DNA of 64,000 nucleotides from Octopus sinensis (GCF_006345805.1 NC_043001.1:105028001-105092000); one strand, 5' to 3'; counted from the first letter of the stretch, positions 40,610 to 54,263 are shown. Translations and numbers: made by a program. Notes: a model not told the origin generated them from the letters alone.

Positions 40610-41640
40610 GATCAGAATCTGTTTCCCAGATTTTCATATGGATCAGAAATGTTTGAATTGCTGTGTATTATTTCTTCATCTAGGTGGGGGAAGGGGGATA
40701 AATCAGAAAAAAAGTGTTCAACCGATTTGTACAAATTTATTCACGCTCGTAAAACAGCACACCTTTGACATAAATGCTAAGCGAGTGATCTGCAGGTGAT
40801 GGTTGATACATCATAACTGTCATCGTTGTACATATTATTGACCTAAACTCATCACATGCCATAGCGAGGCTGTCAATCAGCATCTTCCAGCCGATATCAG
40901 AGTAAGTCAGTGAATCACTGTCATCTGCATGTAACAAACATTATAGCAATGAGATTCTGGTTTGGCAAGAGACCGACTGATATAAAAATTTTCCTTTTCT
41001 TCAATATGTTACACAAAGGCCAGAATATATTTTGAAGAGAATTTCTTTGAGTACGACACTGAAGAAATTAGAGTCGAAAGGAATATTTCATTCTGTTTTA
41101 CACCGCTCCCAACAGAGGTCAACTCCAACTGTTCACCGTTGAAGAAAGTATCTGCTTTTATGCTGTAATGTAACGATCCTGTGATAACCACAAACCCTTC
41201 TAGGCAACTAAGCTCCGTGAGTATCCCCTGTTAAGCATGTCGAAAGTTTTATGAGATCCATAAAACACTGACACAGAGGCTTTGGGATCCGAGGGGCTGT
41301 AGAATCCGAGAAGCTATATATATCCTTGCTATAGTTCTACAATTAGGGCGCCATTCAGACAGGACTGACGGAGCCACGGAGACGAGCAAACGATTAAGAA
41401 AACACTACGGATGCATTTACCAACAAAGGATTTCAAAAAACATTCCGTCGCAGTTACCATATAGTATCTTTGACTCTTTGTAGAGGAAACGAAGAATGCC
41501 ATTGACCAGATTTGTGAGGTTGTACGTTGTACCTACCAGCCATATTTCCTGGAATACGGTAAACAGGGAATCTGAAGCTCCTTTACCAATGACACTTATC
41601 AATTCAGGCTGAATATCATCTTTTCCTACTGCTTCTTTTA
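40610..41640 (-). mobile_element. Decayed RTE-like reverse transcriptase
   Basis: KAVGKDDIQPELI, SGVKQ and HADD motifs with frameshifts. Confidence 0.7.
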
Positions 41641-41950
41641 TCTTTGTATTTCACAGGTATCTCTCATCGGACTACGACCATACTGGGGCACCGCCTTCAA
41701 GAATTTTAAGCCTTGTACATTCTGCCTGTCTCTTATCCTGGACTACTAAGTTTCGAGGACATAAGTACACCAAATCCGCCTGTTAAGCGGTGGTGGGAGA
41801 CAAACCCAGCCATAAAGACGTGTGCGTGCGTGCACACGTCTTTATGGCTCGGGCATCCGTAGTGTTTACAAACATTTGCTTAAGGTATCACGTTGTAGGA
41901 CTGAACACGGAACCATGTGGTTTGGAAACAAACTTCTTACCAGCCAATCA
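41625..41950 (-). mobile_element. SINE family A, diverged
   Basis: Head and tail homology. Confidence 0.65.
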
Positions 41951-42248
41951 CGCTTTTGTATTGATGCTTAAAGAACAAATATATTCACAAGACAATGAGA
42001 TTAATGTCACTGGTTTCTTCCAGTCTTAGTTATTTACATGGAAGAATATAGATTTTCTACTGGAGATGACGTCAAGACTAACAGAATATGCGTGATAACT
42101 GATACAGAATGTCGTAAATATGCGTTGTGGATCTGAAATGATGATCTGTAAATTAGTTGTTATTATTCACAATCGACCATGTTTTAATGTATCAAGCGGT
42201 GAGACATTTGACTAATATTTTTGGCATTCAACAGATAAACAGAAATAT

Positions 42249-42470
42249 CTTTTGTCTTTTACTTATTTCAGTTAATGGACAGCGGCCATGGTGGGGCACC
42301 GCCTTAAAGGCTTTACTCGAATAAAGGGACCACCATAGATATTTTTTTTTGGAAGTCTGTCACTTAACCGGCCTTTTACGCCGAACGCCTAATTTACAGG
42401 TACATAAACAAGCCAATACCGCCAGTGAGACGATCGTGACAAAGACTAAGACAAAATACCGCACCACACA
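42249..42470 (-). mobile_element. SINE family A, 3' half
   Basis: Tail homology. Confidence 0.7.
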
Positions 42471-42971
42471 CACACGCACACACATACCTGTGCATATATA
42501 TATACATGTACATACATATATATATATATGAAATATATCTGAACAACGAGAAGTCGCTTAATATTATTGAGAGAAAGTCATTAAATGGAGATTTAGTTGA
42601 GAGAGGGTTTTGCGTGCCAGAAACGATGTATTTGCGTGCCATGTGTAGCACACGTGCTAGGGGTTGCTCACCCTTGTGTTAGATCATCTAACCGCAGACA
42701 TACTACATTGTATTGTAACTGGAATGTCTTTGACTATAGACACAGATCGATAAGTACCATTTTTAGAAAAAGTAAGGAAAGAAAATGAGCAGATATGACA
42801 ATGCTCTGAAAGGAAAATATATTTTAAAATGATAAGGATAAAAGAACACATTATTATTTATGAATTCATGTATTTACAAAACAAATTATAAGGAAACAAA
42901 TATATTACATTTAAGAAGTATGCATTCAAAATATGGAGGAAAATTGGTATGTATGTATATAGGCATGTGTG

Positions 42972-43069
<98 letters not shown>

Positions 43070-43384
43070 TGAGTGTGTTTGTGTTAGTGTTTGTGTGTGT
43101 ACTCGTCGGATATGTTAGCTGAGAAACACAACTACGATATACGTAATGGGAATGAATAGACGACTAACCTGTTGGTTGTTATCGTTGCAGCCTATTCAGT
43201 GATGTAATATTCCGACCGGTGAGACATTTGACTCTAAACATGGTTGGCAATGAATACGAATAAGAAACGTGATGAGTAAATATAATATCAATTCAGCAGA
43301 AATATTGCAAACGTTGAATATATATTGTTGAATTTTAACTGGTGTAGCCGCATCTATCTATCAATTAATCACACACACACACAC

Positions 43385-43463
<79 letters not shown>

Positions 43464-43512
43464 ATATATATATGTATATATAAATATATATAAATGTATA
43501 ATTTATACATAC

Positions 43513-43550
<38 letters not shown>

Positions 43551-43621
43551 ATACACATACATATATATATATATATATATATGCATATATATATATACAT
43601 ATACATATATACACACATATA

Positions 43622-43984
43622 CTCTCTCTTTTACTCTTTTACTTGTTTCATTCATTTGACTGCGGCCATGCTGGAGCACCGCCAGTACTTATTCTATCGG
43701 TCTCTTTTGCCGAACAGCTAAGTGACGGGGACGTAAACACACCAGCATCGGTTGTCAAGCAATGCTAGGGGAACAAACACAGACACAAACACATACACAC
43801 ACATATATATATACATATATACGACGGGCTTCTTTCAGTTTCCGTCTACCAAATCCACTCACAAGTCATTGGTCGGCCCGAGGCTATAGCAGAAGACACT
43901 TGCCCAAGATGCCACGCAGTGGGACTGAACCCGGAACCATGTGGTTGATTAGCAAGCTACTTACCACACAGCCACTCCTGCGCC
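43622..43984 (-). mobile_element. SINE family A with internal deletion
   Basis: Near consensus; segment between GCACCGCC and AGTACTTATTC missing. Confidence 0.92.
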
Positions 43985-44339
43985 TTTATATATCTATATA
44001 TTTTATAAATGTATATATACTTATCCACTCATATACTTATATATATACATATACATATACCTACGTACACACACACACATATATATAAATACATACATAT
44101 GACTATGTTTGTGTCCATGCATATATCTGTACACAATTTCCAAACGTTTTGACATCAAGTGTTGCAAATAAACATGGACACCATAGAGAGAGACATCGAC
44201 AGTAACAGCTGAAGGAGAACACGAGTGATATGCTTCTTTCCAGGGAAAGATTAATCACTTCGCTGATAGCACACTGAAAGGGGAGACATCCCGGTCATAG
44301 CTGAATCGATTCGCTAACAGGACGTAGTAATAATAAGTC

Positions 44340-44386
<47 letters not shown>

Positions 44387-44560
44387 GCATGATTTCTGCA
44401 ATACAGAGCGAGAGATTGCAGTAATTTACAAATTTACAGCAGGAATTTCCACGTATACACACACACACACGCGCGCGCGCGCGAGCGCACACAAGCAGCC
44501 ACGCACGGATACACAAAAACATACACATATACGAATATATATATATGTACATATATGTAT

Positions 44561-44606
<46 letters not shown>

Positions 44607-44760
44607 ATACATTTGTATATATATATATATACATACACACACACGAACACACACAAACATACACACATACGAATGTATATATGTACATATGTGTATGTCT
44701 ATCTATATATATATATAAATATAAGTATACATATATACACATATACGCACACGCACGCAC

Positions 44761-44821
<61 letters not shown>

Positions 44822-46302
44822 TATATTTGTTATTAGCATTGGAAGCAATATTTCTTCAGACTAGGTTTATACAGCATGATAATTTATCTTGGCCGTATAG
44901 GTAGGACAATCAACGACCGAGTCATGCCTAAAGTTTCGCAGATGGAACCTAATTTTGGGTATGAAAAATGAGAAAGTGTCTTCAGTAATGTTCAAGATTT
45001 TGTTGAATTTACTATAGTCAAGGGTTCTGTAGCATTGAGATTACATTTGTGACCTCGTCCGTTATATTGGCAGGCCTTGTTTGAGGCTATTTTAGAAAAT
45101 ATGTTCTGGATGTTCTTTACCTTAATTCTGACCGAAGTGCGGCGTGTAGCATACTTGTAGACACTGCCAGTCGTTCCGAAGGTTAAACGCCACCGAGTTG
45201 CATTGGGAAGGCAAATATAGCTAACTATGATGTTATTTATTTTGAAGGTCTTGTGGTATTCATATGATTATGGAAAGTGGGTGTTATAAATTTCAGGAAT
45301 TGTCAAGCTATGTTTGAAGTCACGTGCAAAATATTTACAAAGATGAATTTAAAAATCTTAATTAGTACTAACCATAAAAAAGTCAATTTACTAGATATTA
45401 ATATGCGCAGGCAAATACAAACCTGTTCACCATGAAGACAATTAGTTGAAAGCATTAAAATGAATGTTTCTCATCTATTCTCTGATGAAGCAATCTTCAA
45501 AATCCACAACCTCATATTATAAAAACGTATTACCCAGATCCAACATTAAGATCAATGTAAAATATACTGAGCCCAACGTAGTCACAAAAAGCCGCAGATA
45601 TAGGATTATCCTGTGGTATACTTCTCGATATAGATTTATTGTTATTGTTATTTATTGATATAGTTATATTGTTCCTGAAGCTTATAGTCAGCCACATTTC
45701 ACGTTCAAATAAACACCACGATATCTTTAAAAAAATACCATTATAATAGCTTTCGTTGCTTCTTCATTATAAGAGCTGTGATCTGTAGCTATGAGAAAAA
45801 TAGTACGAGAAACTCCCCATATTGCTCATGTAAGTGTAGATTTTCCGATAACTGTCACCGAATAAAGAGCTGAACAGAAAAATACTCGGAAAAAGAGCTG
45901 GCTTAGAAAATCCCCCTCACACACATAGACAGTACAATGAAAGTTTACATCAGAATGACTGGAAATCCTGTCAAGGAAAGATGCATGCAGTGCTTAGCAT
46001 CGTCAGAGACAAAAATAAAGCTACGGAGCCGACTGGCATGGATCCTAAATAAACTCGAATAAAATAGGCAAATATCCAAAATAAACTCGAATATCGTAGC
46101 CAAGACCAGCTAAAATTATGGATGAGGCCGTAGATGAAATCCCGGCATTACTAAGAATCAAAATATCATGAAATCAACAGCTAACCACTTGAACATTAAA
46201 GAGTATTCTTTCTCACATGCTTGCACGAAGATGAGTTCAATCTGCAACCGATAGAGTCATGATAAATTGGGAGAGATATAAGTTTCATATACATAGGGAG
46301 CA

Positions 46303-46369
<67 letters not shown>

Positions 46370-46411
46370 ACTACTACTACTACTACTACTAATAATAATG
46401 ATGATGATGAT

Positions 46412-46464
<53 letters not shown>
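46303..46464. repeat. Compound trinucleotide array (ACT/GCT/AAT/GAT)
   Basis: Direct reading. Confidence 0.95.
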
Positions 46465-46465
<1 letters not shown>

Positions 46466-46466
46466 T

Positions 46467-46812
46467 AATTGACAAAGAAAGCAACGATGCTGGATCATAG
46501 ATATAGCATAGGTATAGCATGCCCAGCTGACAACAAGGTATGCGATAAGGGAGAAAGAAAAGTCGATAGATATGACAGGTTAGCTTGGGAGTTTAAGCAG
46601 TTGTGGTCGATGAAAAAGGTAGTAGCAGTACCAATAATTGTCGGAGTTCTGGGAATTATGAGTAAAAATCTTTAGAAGCACTTCTTCTTCTTCTTCTTTC
46701 TTCTTTTCTTCTTCTTCTTCTTTTCTTCTTCTTCCTCTTCTTATCTTCTTCTTCTTTTCTTTCCTCTTTTCTTCTTTCTTCTTCTTCTTATTCTTCTTCC
46801 TCTTATTCTTCT

Positions 46813-46848
<36 letters not shown>

Positions 46849-46871
46849 TTATTCTTCTTTTCCTCTTCTTT

Positions 46872-46902
<31 letters not shown>

Positions 46903-47130
46903 TCTTCTTCTTTCTTCTTCTTCTTCCTCTTCTTATTCTTCTTCTTCTTCTTCTTCTTCTTCTCTTCTTCTTCTTCTTCTTCTTCTTCTCTCTTCTCTTC
47001 TTCTTCTTCTTCTTCTTTCTTCTTTTCTTCTTCTTCTTCTTTCTTCTTCTTCCTCTTCTTATCTTCTTCTTCTTTTCTTTCCTCTTTTCTTCTTTCTTCT
47101 TCTTCTTATTCTTCTTCCTCTTATTCTTCT

Positions 47131-47166
<36 letters not shown>

Positions 47167-47311
47167 TTATTCTTCTTTTCCTCTTCTTTTCTTCTTCTTC
47201 TTCTTCTTCCTTTCTTCTCTTTTCTTCTTCTTCTCTTCTTCTTCTTCTTCTTCTTCTTTTTCTTCGCTTCTTCTTCTTCTTCTTCGTTCTTCCTCTTCTT
47301 CTTCTTCCTCT

Positions 47312-47343
<32 letters not shown>

Positions 47344-47700
47344 TTCTTCTTCAATTTTCTTTGCACAGCTTCCAACGCTGGGGAGGTACGACGGTGCCAG
47401 CTGTTCAATACAAGGGAACTAAGGTAACACCCCTTATTTTTGGAGCACCATTCAGAGTATTCGAGCGGTTCGGTTCCAAGAAGTACTGTTTTTTTGCAGG
47501 TTCTCCATCCTTATTGCAGCCCCTATGTACATGGAACAAATAGGAGCTGCAATAAAGGTGGAGCATTTGCAGAAAACAGCATTAATATTAACCGCTCGAA
47601 TACTCCGGATGGCGCTCGAAAAGTAAGGGGTGTTACCTTAGTTCATAGGTAGTGAACAGCTGACAACGTAGGAGCTGTGCAAAGACAATAAACTGATAAT
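46467..47700 (+). mobile_element. R4/Dong-like (RLE) retroelement 3' fragment, split into 46467-46680 and 47527-47700
   Basis: IACPADNK..RYDRLAWEFKQLW..PIIVGVLG, resuming YMEQIG..LQKTALILTARILR*; AAT-type tail. Confidence 0.8.
46681..47525 (-). mobile_element. R4/Dong-like 3' end (47353-47525) with ~670-bp degenerate (GAA)n tail
   Basis: Nearly identical to 50551-50725; TTC-rich tract 46681-47352. Confidence 0.8.
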
Positions 47701-48703
47701 AATAACGGCAATAACGGGAAACGTAAGAAACTTCATTCTGTCATGAAGGGGAACAAAAAATTTGCAACTGAGTTCATGCATAATACCCAGGTTGAACAAC
47801 ATGTTGGAAATGCCGCATACTGACCAAGTATAAAGATCTTCTATGTTTTGCTTAATGTATGTATTCTCATGCATGTCGTTACATATCTAGACATGCTCCT
47901 GTATAACTTCGATAACTTTCATAGGTTTCGGCCAGTATAGGCCCAGGCCATGTCTAACTTATTAATAGCAGCACCTGGTTAAGTCTTATAGTCATATCTG
48001 GGGCACCATAGCCCACTCTAACAAAGAGTTATTATTGTTGGAGACATTTCCGATTGTAGGGGGTTGGTCTGGGATTTTTTGAAGAAATTTGTCCAGTGAA
48101 CGTTTGAATTTTATGGGATGGATTGGATCTGTGGTCTTCGAATTAGCTTTCTCCTTTCTGGATTTGAGATTAATTTCTCAAGATTGGTATTTAGGCAGTG
48201 TGTTACACATGTATGTATGTATGTATGTATGTATGTATGTATGTATGTATGTATGTATGTATGTATGTATGTGTGTGTGTATGTTTGTGTGTGTGTGTGA
48301 GTGTGTATGTGTGTGTGTGTGAGTGTGTATGTGTGTGTGTGTGAGTGTGTATGTGTGTGTGTATGCATTTACGTATATGCGTGTATGTCTAACTGACGTA
48401 TCTTAATATCACATGAGAAATTTCTGCTGAAAAATTAATATTTATCTAACAGAAAGCAAACCACAAAGATTACTGTAGCCAAGTAAGTCATAAGTGAGTG
48501 TTTATTCTTCCCTTGAACACAACACAGACACATAGACATACACCCACCTACACGTGCGCTCATGCATACCCACATGCATACACGCACACACGCACAACAA
48601 CAAATATTTCATGTCTACTCTTCCAGACAAAGGATAAAAAAAAACGAAATAACATTTTACCTTCTGTCTAGTAATACTGATTTGTAAAAAGGTCATAACT
48701 GAA

Positions 48704-48743
<40 letters not shown>

Positions 48744-48796
48744 TAATAACAACAACAACAATAATAATAATAAAAATAATAATAATAATGATGATG

Positions 48797-48863
<67 letters not shown>

Positions 48864-48902
48864 ATATTATTATAAAAAGAAATAGACAAAGAAAAAAAAA
48901 GA

Positions 48903-49704
48903 AATAGACAAAGAAAAATTCCAGCAATGGTTGAGAAGCTCGGGACTCAAAGCAGAGACAGAGGGATTTTTAATTGCAGCACAACACCAAAGCCTCCCCA
49001 CAAGAAATTACCAAAAACATGTAATGAAAAGAAATATTACAAGTAACTGCAGAATATGTGGAGATGAGAGAGAAAAACAATAAATCATATTATCTCTAGC
49101 TGCCCAGTCCTGGCTAAGAGAAATATATTCACAGACATGACAGAGTTGGAACCTACATACATTGGAAGCTATGCCAACATTATGGAATAACAACAGAAAA
49201 AAGATGGTATAGGCACACACCAGAAAAGGTCACAGAAAACGAGAAAGCAACCATACTCTAGGATATGCCGATACACACAGATAGAGAAATTAAGGCCAAC
49301 AGACCAGATATAGCTGTCAGAGATCATGAAGAAAAAAATGCTTTCTAATTGATGTATCAATACCGGCAGATGACAACGTGTCTCTAAAAGAAATGGAGAA
49401 ACTCTCAAAATACAAAGATCTGGAAATAGAGGTAACCAGAATGTGGAATCTAAAAACAGAAACAATTCCTATCATAGTAGGTGCATTAGGCATGATAAAA
49501 AAATATTCAAACAAATACATAACAAAAACACCAGGTCTTACAAACACATATAACATACAGAAAATTGCACTACTAGGCACTGCACACATCCTACGCAGAA
49601 CACCTTCCATACAATAACCAACAGAGCATCACAACAAATCACAGCACATACCCAAGGCACACAGATCTGCGCTCGGTAGTGGAGTGAAAGAAAAAATAAA
49701 ACTA

Positions 49705-49757
<53 letters not shown>
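48903..49757 (+). mobile_element. R4/Dong-like retroelement 3' part (CCHC + RLE endonuclease), (AAT)n tail
   Basis: GLKAETEG, CRICG..HIISSCPVLA, RPDI, IDVSIP, EKLSKYKDLEIEVTRMW, IIVGALG; flanked by (AAT)n. Confidence 0.9.
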
Positions 49758-49759
<2 letters not shown>

Positions 49760-50110
49760 TATGCAGTGGCAGAAGATCAACATATCACCATGAAAGAAAG
49801 AGAAACGGTTGATAAATATGGAGACCTGAGAATTGAGACCGCTAAGATGTGTTAGCTACGAGAGTGAAACATAAACGTTATCCCTATTGTTATCGGAGCA
49901 TTGGGTTCAATACCACCCAGTCTGAAAAAAAAAAACTTCTGAAAACCTTAGAAATATCCTACAATCTAGGTGTATTGCAATAGACGGAATTACTTGGAAC
50001 TACACGAATATTGTGTAAAGTACTGTCTGTCAGAGGTCCTTGTGACTTGACAAACTGTACAAACCCCCGGTAAAACTGCGGTATGAGAAAATTCCAAAAG
50101 AAGTCACCAA
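49760..50110 (+). mobile_element. R4/Dong-like 3' fragment, another subfamily
   Basis: KYGDLRIE..PIVIGALG..LLGT remnants. Confidence 0.7.
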
Positions 50111-50194
50111 ATATGAGAATTGTAAAATCTTGAGGGTTGTACTTATCCAGTGCGATCACCTGACCAGACAGGAAACCAGGCATTGTTGTGGTGA

Positions 50195-50356
50195 ATTAAA
50201 AGAAAGAACATGCATGATAATCAACAGAGCATGTCCCGGTGACAACAGGATCAATGTGAAAGAAGAAAAGATAATGCTATGAGGATTTAAAGTGGGAAAT
50301 ACGAAGGTTGTGGTCAATGAAAAGAGTGGACTTGTTACCAATAGTAATTGGTGCAC
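50195..50356 (+). mobile_element. R4/Dong-like RLE fragment
   Basis: ACPGD..KEEK..YEDLKWEIRRLW..PIVIGAL remnant. Confidence 0.7.
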
Positions 50357-51800
50357 TCTTCTTCTTGTTCTTCTTCTTCTACTTCTTCTCCTTCTTCTTC
50401 TTCTTCTTCTTCTTCTTCTTCTTCTTCTTCTTCTTCTTCTTCTTCTTCTTCTTCTTTCTTCTTCTTCTTCTTCTTCTTCTTCTTCTTCTTCTTCTCTTCT
50501 TCCTCCTCCTCTTCTTCTTCTTCTTCTTCTTCTTCTTCTTCTTCTTCTTCAATTTTCTTTGCACAGCTTCCAACGCTGGAGAGGTACTACGGTGCCAGCT
50601 GTTCAATACAAGGGAACTAAAGTAACACCCCTTATTTTTCGAGCACCATTCAGAGTATTCGAGCGGTTCCAAGAAGTACTGTTTTCTGCAAGTTCTCCAT
50701 CCTTATTGCAGCTCCTATTTGTTCCATGTACTTCTCAAAACTTTTAGTCAGTGTTCCCAGGACTCTGACAATTATTGGTAAACTACCACCTTTTTACAGC
50801 GACCACAACTGCTTAATCTCCCAAGCTAACCTGTTATATCTATCGACTTTTCTTTCTTCCTTATCTCATACCTAGTTGTTGCCTGGGCATGCTATATCTA
50901 TGATCCAGCATCGTTTCCTTTCTTTCTCAATTAACACTAATGTTTGGCTTCCTATTCTCTATCTCATGTCCCACTGAACCATGAAATCCCATAGGATCTT
51001 TGTATTATCATTTTCCCGTCGTGTCTTCGGGTTTATGATCGTATCACTATTTTGCTCTGCCAATGGACAATCCTTGCTATATTGTCACGATGTTTCTTAT
51101 ATTCTTTCTGGGCTACTAGCATATATTGACTGGTAATGTGCCATACGGTTTCACCATTTTGTCCGCAAATTCTGCACTTATCACTTTCTGATGTGTTGTC
51201 TATTCTGTATTTTATGTAGTTTGTTCTTAGTGATTGCTCTTGGGCAGCACAGATTAGAGCCTCTGTTTCCAGTTTTGAATCACTTTTAGTCATCCACAGC
51301 CATCTTTTTTCTCTGTCGGTCTTATCCTCAACATCTGTATCAAATTGTCCATGCATTCTTTTCTTTACCCATCTATTTTCAGTTTCATTCATTTTCAATT
51401 GCTTGTATAGCGCTTTATTTTTGCAATCTTTCATCCTGTACAAGCCTGGTCTTCTTACTCCTAGTAACAGCGGTTCTGTGGCATTTTTTACAAACCATGC
51501 TACGTTGTTTTCTTCTGCTCTAATACTGTTTCGCATCCAATAAGTCTTCTTCCCCTTCTTTTTCTTGGTATATACAGTCTGTTTGTGTTACTTTTTGGGA
51601 GGAGTGTTCCATATCTAGTTAGCAACTTCCTTGTCTACAAAGTCTACGAAGGGATTATCATACGGATGAACCACCTAGAATCCTGAGCACACAATATTTG
51701 CCAATTTTTTGTTGTCACATTACTAGAAGTTCAAACTATGTTTAGTTTACCTTTTGCTCTGGTGAAATGACCTTTTTTTGGTTGATGACAAAGCATTCAT
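50357..51800 (-). mobile_element. R4/Dong-like retroelement 3' ~1.25 kb plus (GAA)n tail (50357-50550)
   Basis: RLYIPRKEG, MHGQF, ETEALICAAQEQSLRT, CRICGQNGETVWHI, IDIACP motifs (ORF 51033-51536 and flanks). Confidence 0.9.
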
Positions 51801-53042
51801 GGAACTTGCTCTACAATTCTCATAAAAGATAAAGTTTGCGTCGCTTTCTAAATGGGTAAGAGATACTTAGGTGTTTCTACTTATCCGTTTATGTCAGGAG
51901 ATAGATGTCAAACACTTACCCTGCCATAGTCTGTTCCTCTCCAGTGCATTTGTTCCGTTCTCTTGTTTACTTAAAATAGCTATTACCAGTCGTAAGATAT
52001 TTTATTTTTAGTAACACATCCGCCCACTTACGCTCAATCACTAGCGGCCATTACCAGGAAATTACTCAAAACGTCTCACTATTGACAGGCACCAATCGTT
52101 TGCTTCCTTATTCCATCTTGTCCAAATTGACAATATGTTTTCTATTCTCCCTGTTTTCGGATGAAATTGTACCATCGAAAACCGATGCTCTGGAAGGTGT
52201 TGAGTTTTATGTACGACGAGATTTTGTGTCTCAGCGCCATTAGATTTTGTAGTTTTCGACATTTGAATCCACCTGTAGCAAGCGATGCAGGAAAAGTGGA
52301 TAATCGAATCTTATATATCAACATAATTGCAGCTGTTAACGTGTTAAATAGAGAGAACAGAGACGTCAAAATTAGGAAAAACATGAGAACAGTGAAAAAA
52401 TTATAACATTATTTCTCAGTTTATATCACTGGATAAAATATAGATACAATTCCCAATTTATGTAAAACGCATTTCTACATAGAGTCGACCAGAGACACTC
52501 ACTACAACATGTTCGTCTGAAGCCAGTTACACAGACTAACATTCCAGGCTCATAAATATCGTACACATACACACACATACACCATGCATACATATACATA
52601 GAAAAGTCGATTATTCTGAAGTATTCTAGTTTCTCATATCGGTATGTTTGTCAAATCGAATAAATATTGTAACTGATGCAGTGATATCACTATGCAACGT
52701 ACGTATATTTGTAGAATATCCTGCGATAACGAAAATGCATTAAGTTTATTATATACCTAACAGCATGAATATGCCATGCATGTTTCTCATTAAAATATTA
52801 TAACACTGAAGGTCAATATGGAAGCAGGAGAGTAAGGCAGTATGAAAGCAATTCTATTATACAGATGTTCTCAAAATATCTCCTGATACCATAGTTCAAC
52901 TTGCTAGAAAGAGAACCAGGATATCATTCGAATAAAAAAATGAAGTCTTAAATAGCAGAGGTACATCAAGTAACGCTTTTTACTATGGGCACAAGTCCTA
53001 CAACTTTTGTGGGAGAGGACTAGTCGATTACATCAACCCCAA

Positions 53043-53251
53043 TACAGTTCTATATTTAAGAGACGAGGAATTATGTACATTATTTACATTATTTACAATT
53101 GACGGATATTTTGTCCTCATCTTGTTTGTTGTTAACACAACGTTTCGGTTGATATACTCTACAAACTTCATCAGATGCCTTGGGGAAATTTCGAACCTGG
53201 GTTCCCATTCCTAACGTATTTTCGATGTTGTTGCTGTTGAAGTTGTTGTTG

Positions 53252-53313
<62 letters not shown>

Positions 53314-53452
53314 GAAATGCCTTAGGAATGAGAACCCAGTTTCGAAATTTCTCCAAGACACCTGATGAAGGCTGGAGGGTATATCAGCCGAAACATTGTG
53401 TTAACAATAAACAAGATGAGTACAAATATCCGTCGAATGTAAATAATAAATT
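53043..53452. mobile_element. PLE terminal repeat in head-to-head inverted form with two decayed HHRs, inserted in a family C SINE
   Basis: Arms 53088-53214 and 53322-53447 around an expanded (TTA)n; SINE C sequence resumes on both sides. Confidence 0.8.
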
Positions 53453-53627
53453 CGTACTTATTTTATCTAGTCCCTAAAAGATGAAAGGAAGATGACAGAC
53501 GACCTGGGGAAGACATGAATTCTCAAAGTGAAGACGGACGAAATGCCTCTAATCATTTTTCCCGGCAGGCCAACGATTCTCCTCACTCGCCGCTTTAATA
53601 GGTGCATTTAATAATTCTTTCTGTTAT

Positions 53628-53778
53628 AGTCACAAGGCCAGAAATTTTGGAGGAGGGGGCTAGTCGATTACATCGATCCCGAAAGGATAAAAGGCAGTCG
53701 ATCTCGGCGGAATTTGAACTTAGAACGTAGCAGCGACAGGCGGAATAGCGCTAAGCGTGTGTCCAGCATGCTAACGAA
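53628..53778 (-). mobile_element. SINE family C fragment
   Basis: Homology. Confidence 0.7.
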
Positions 53779-54067
53779 TAGGTACATTTAATAATGAGAT
53801 CCTACCTACAATGTTTCTGAAGAGGTACATTTAATGTATGTTTCCAATTTTTGGCACAAGGCCCGCAAGTAGTCGACACTGTGCTTGAAAACAAAACAGG
53901 ATATGTAAATATTTACTTTAGAGGACTAATTTAGCAAAGGTAACTGGGAAACAAAAAGCAAGAACAGCCAAGAAAACAACATCACTCTAGTAGACAATGT
54001 TAGAGAGTTTGAGATTCTTCTCTCCAGCAATGTAAAAGCAAGACATGGATTTATTTAATATACGTAC

Positions 54068-54263
54068 AGTGGCAAGAGTTGCCGAGTATGAGCTCCTTCA
54101 GTATGTTTCCAGTCCAGCGTTTTAATAATTTAGCAATATTCATAGGCATCGTACTTCGGGAATCAAACGAGTGCCACATAGCAATTTGCATGAGCCGAAC
54201 GATATCTGGAACATCGTATTGTATATTTTTTCCTTCACGATTGCATTGATCAGAAGCATTGAG
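54068..54263 (-). CDS. Candidate internal coding exon, product unknown
   Basis: 196 bp open in one frame between TTTAG and GTACGT; non-repetitive; no homology recognised. Confidence 0.2.

Noticed and set aside
40340-40768. 142-aa plus-strand ORF
   Set aside because: Low complexity; its 3' part is antisense to the decayed RTE
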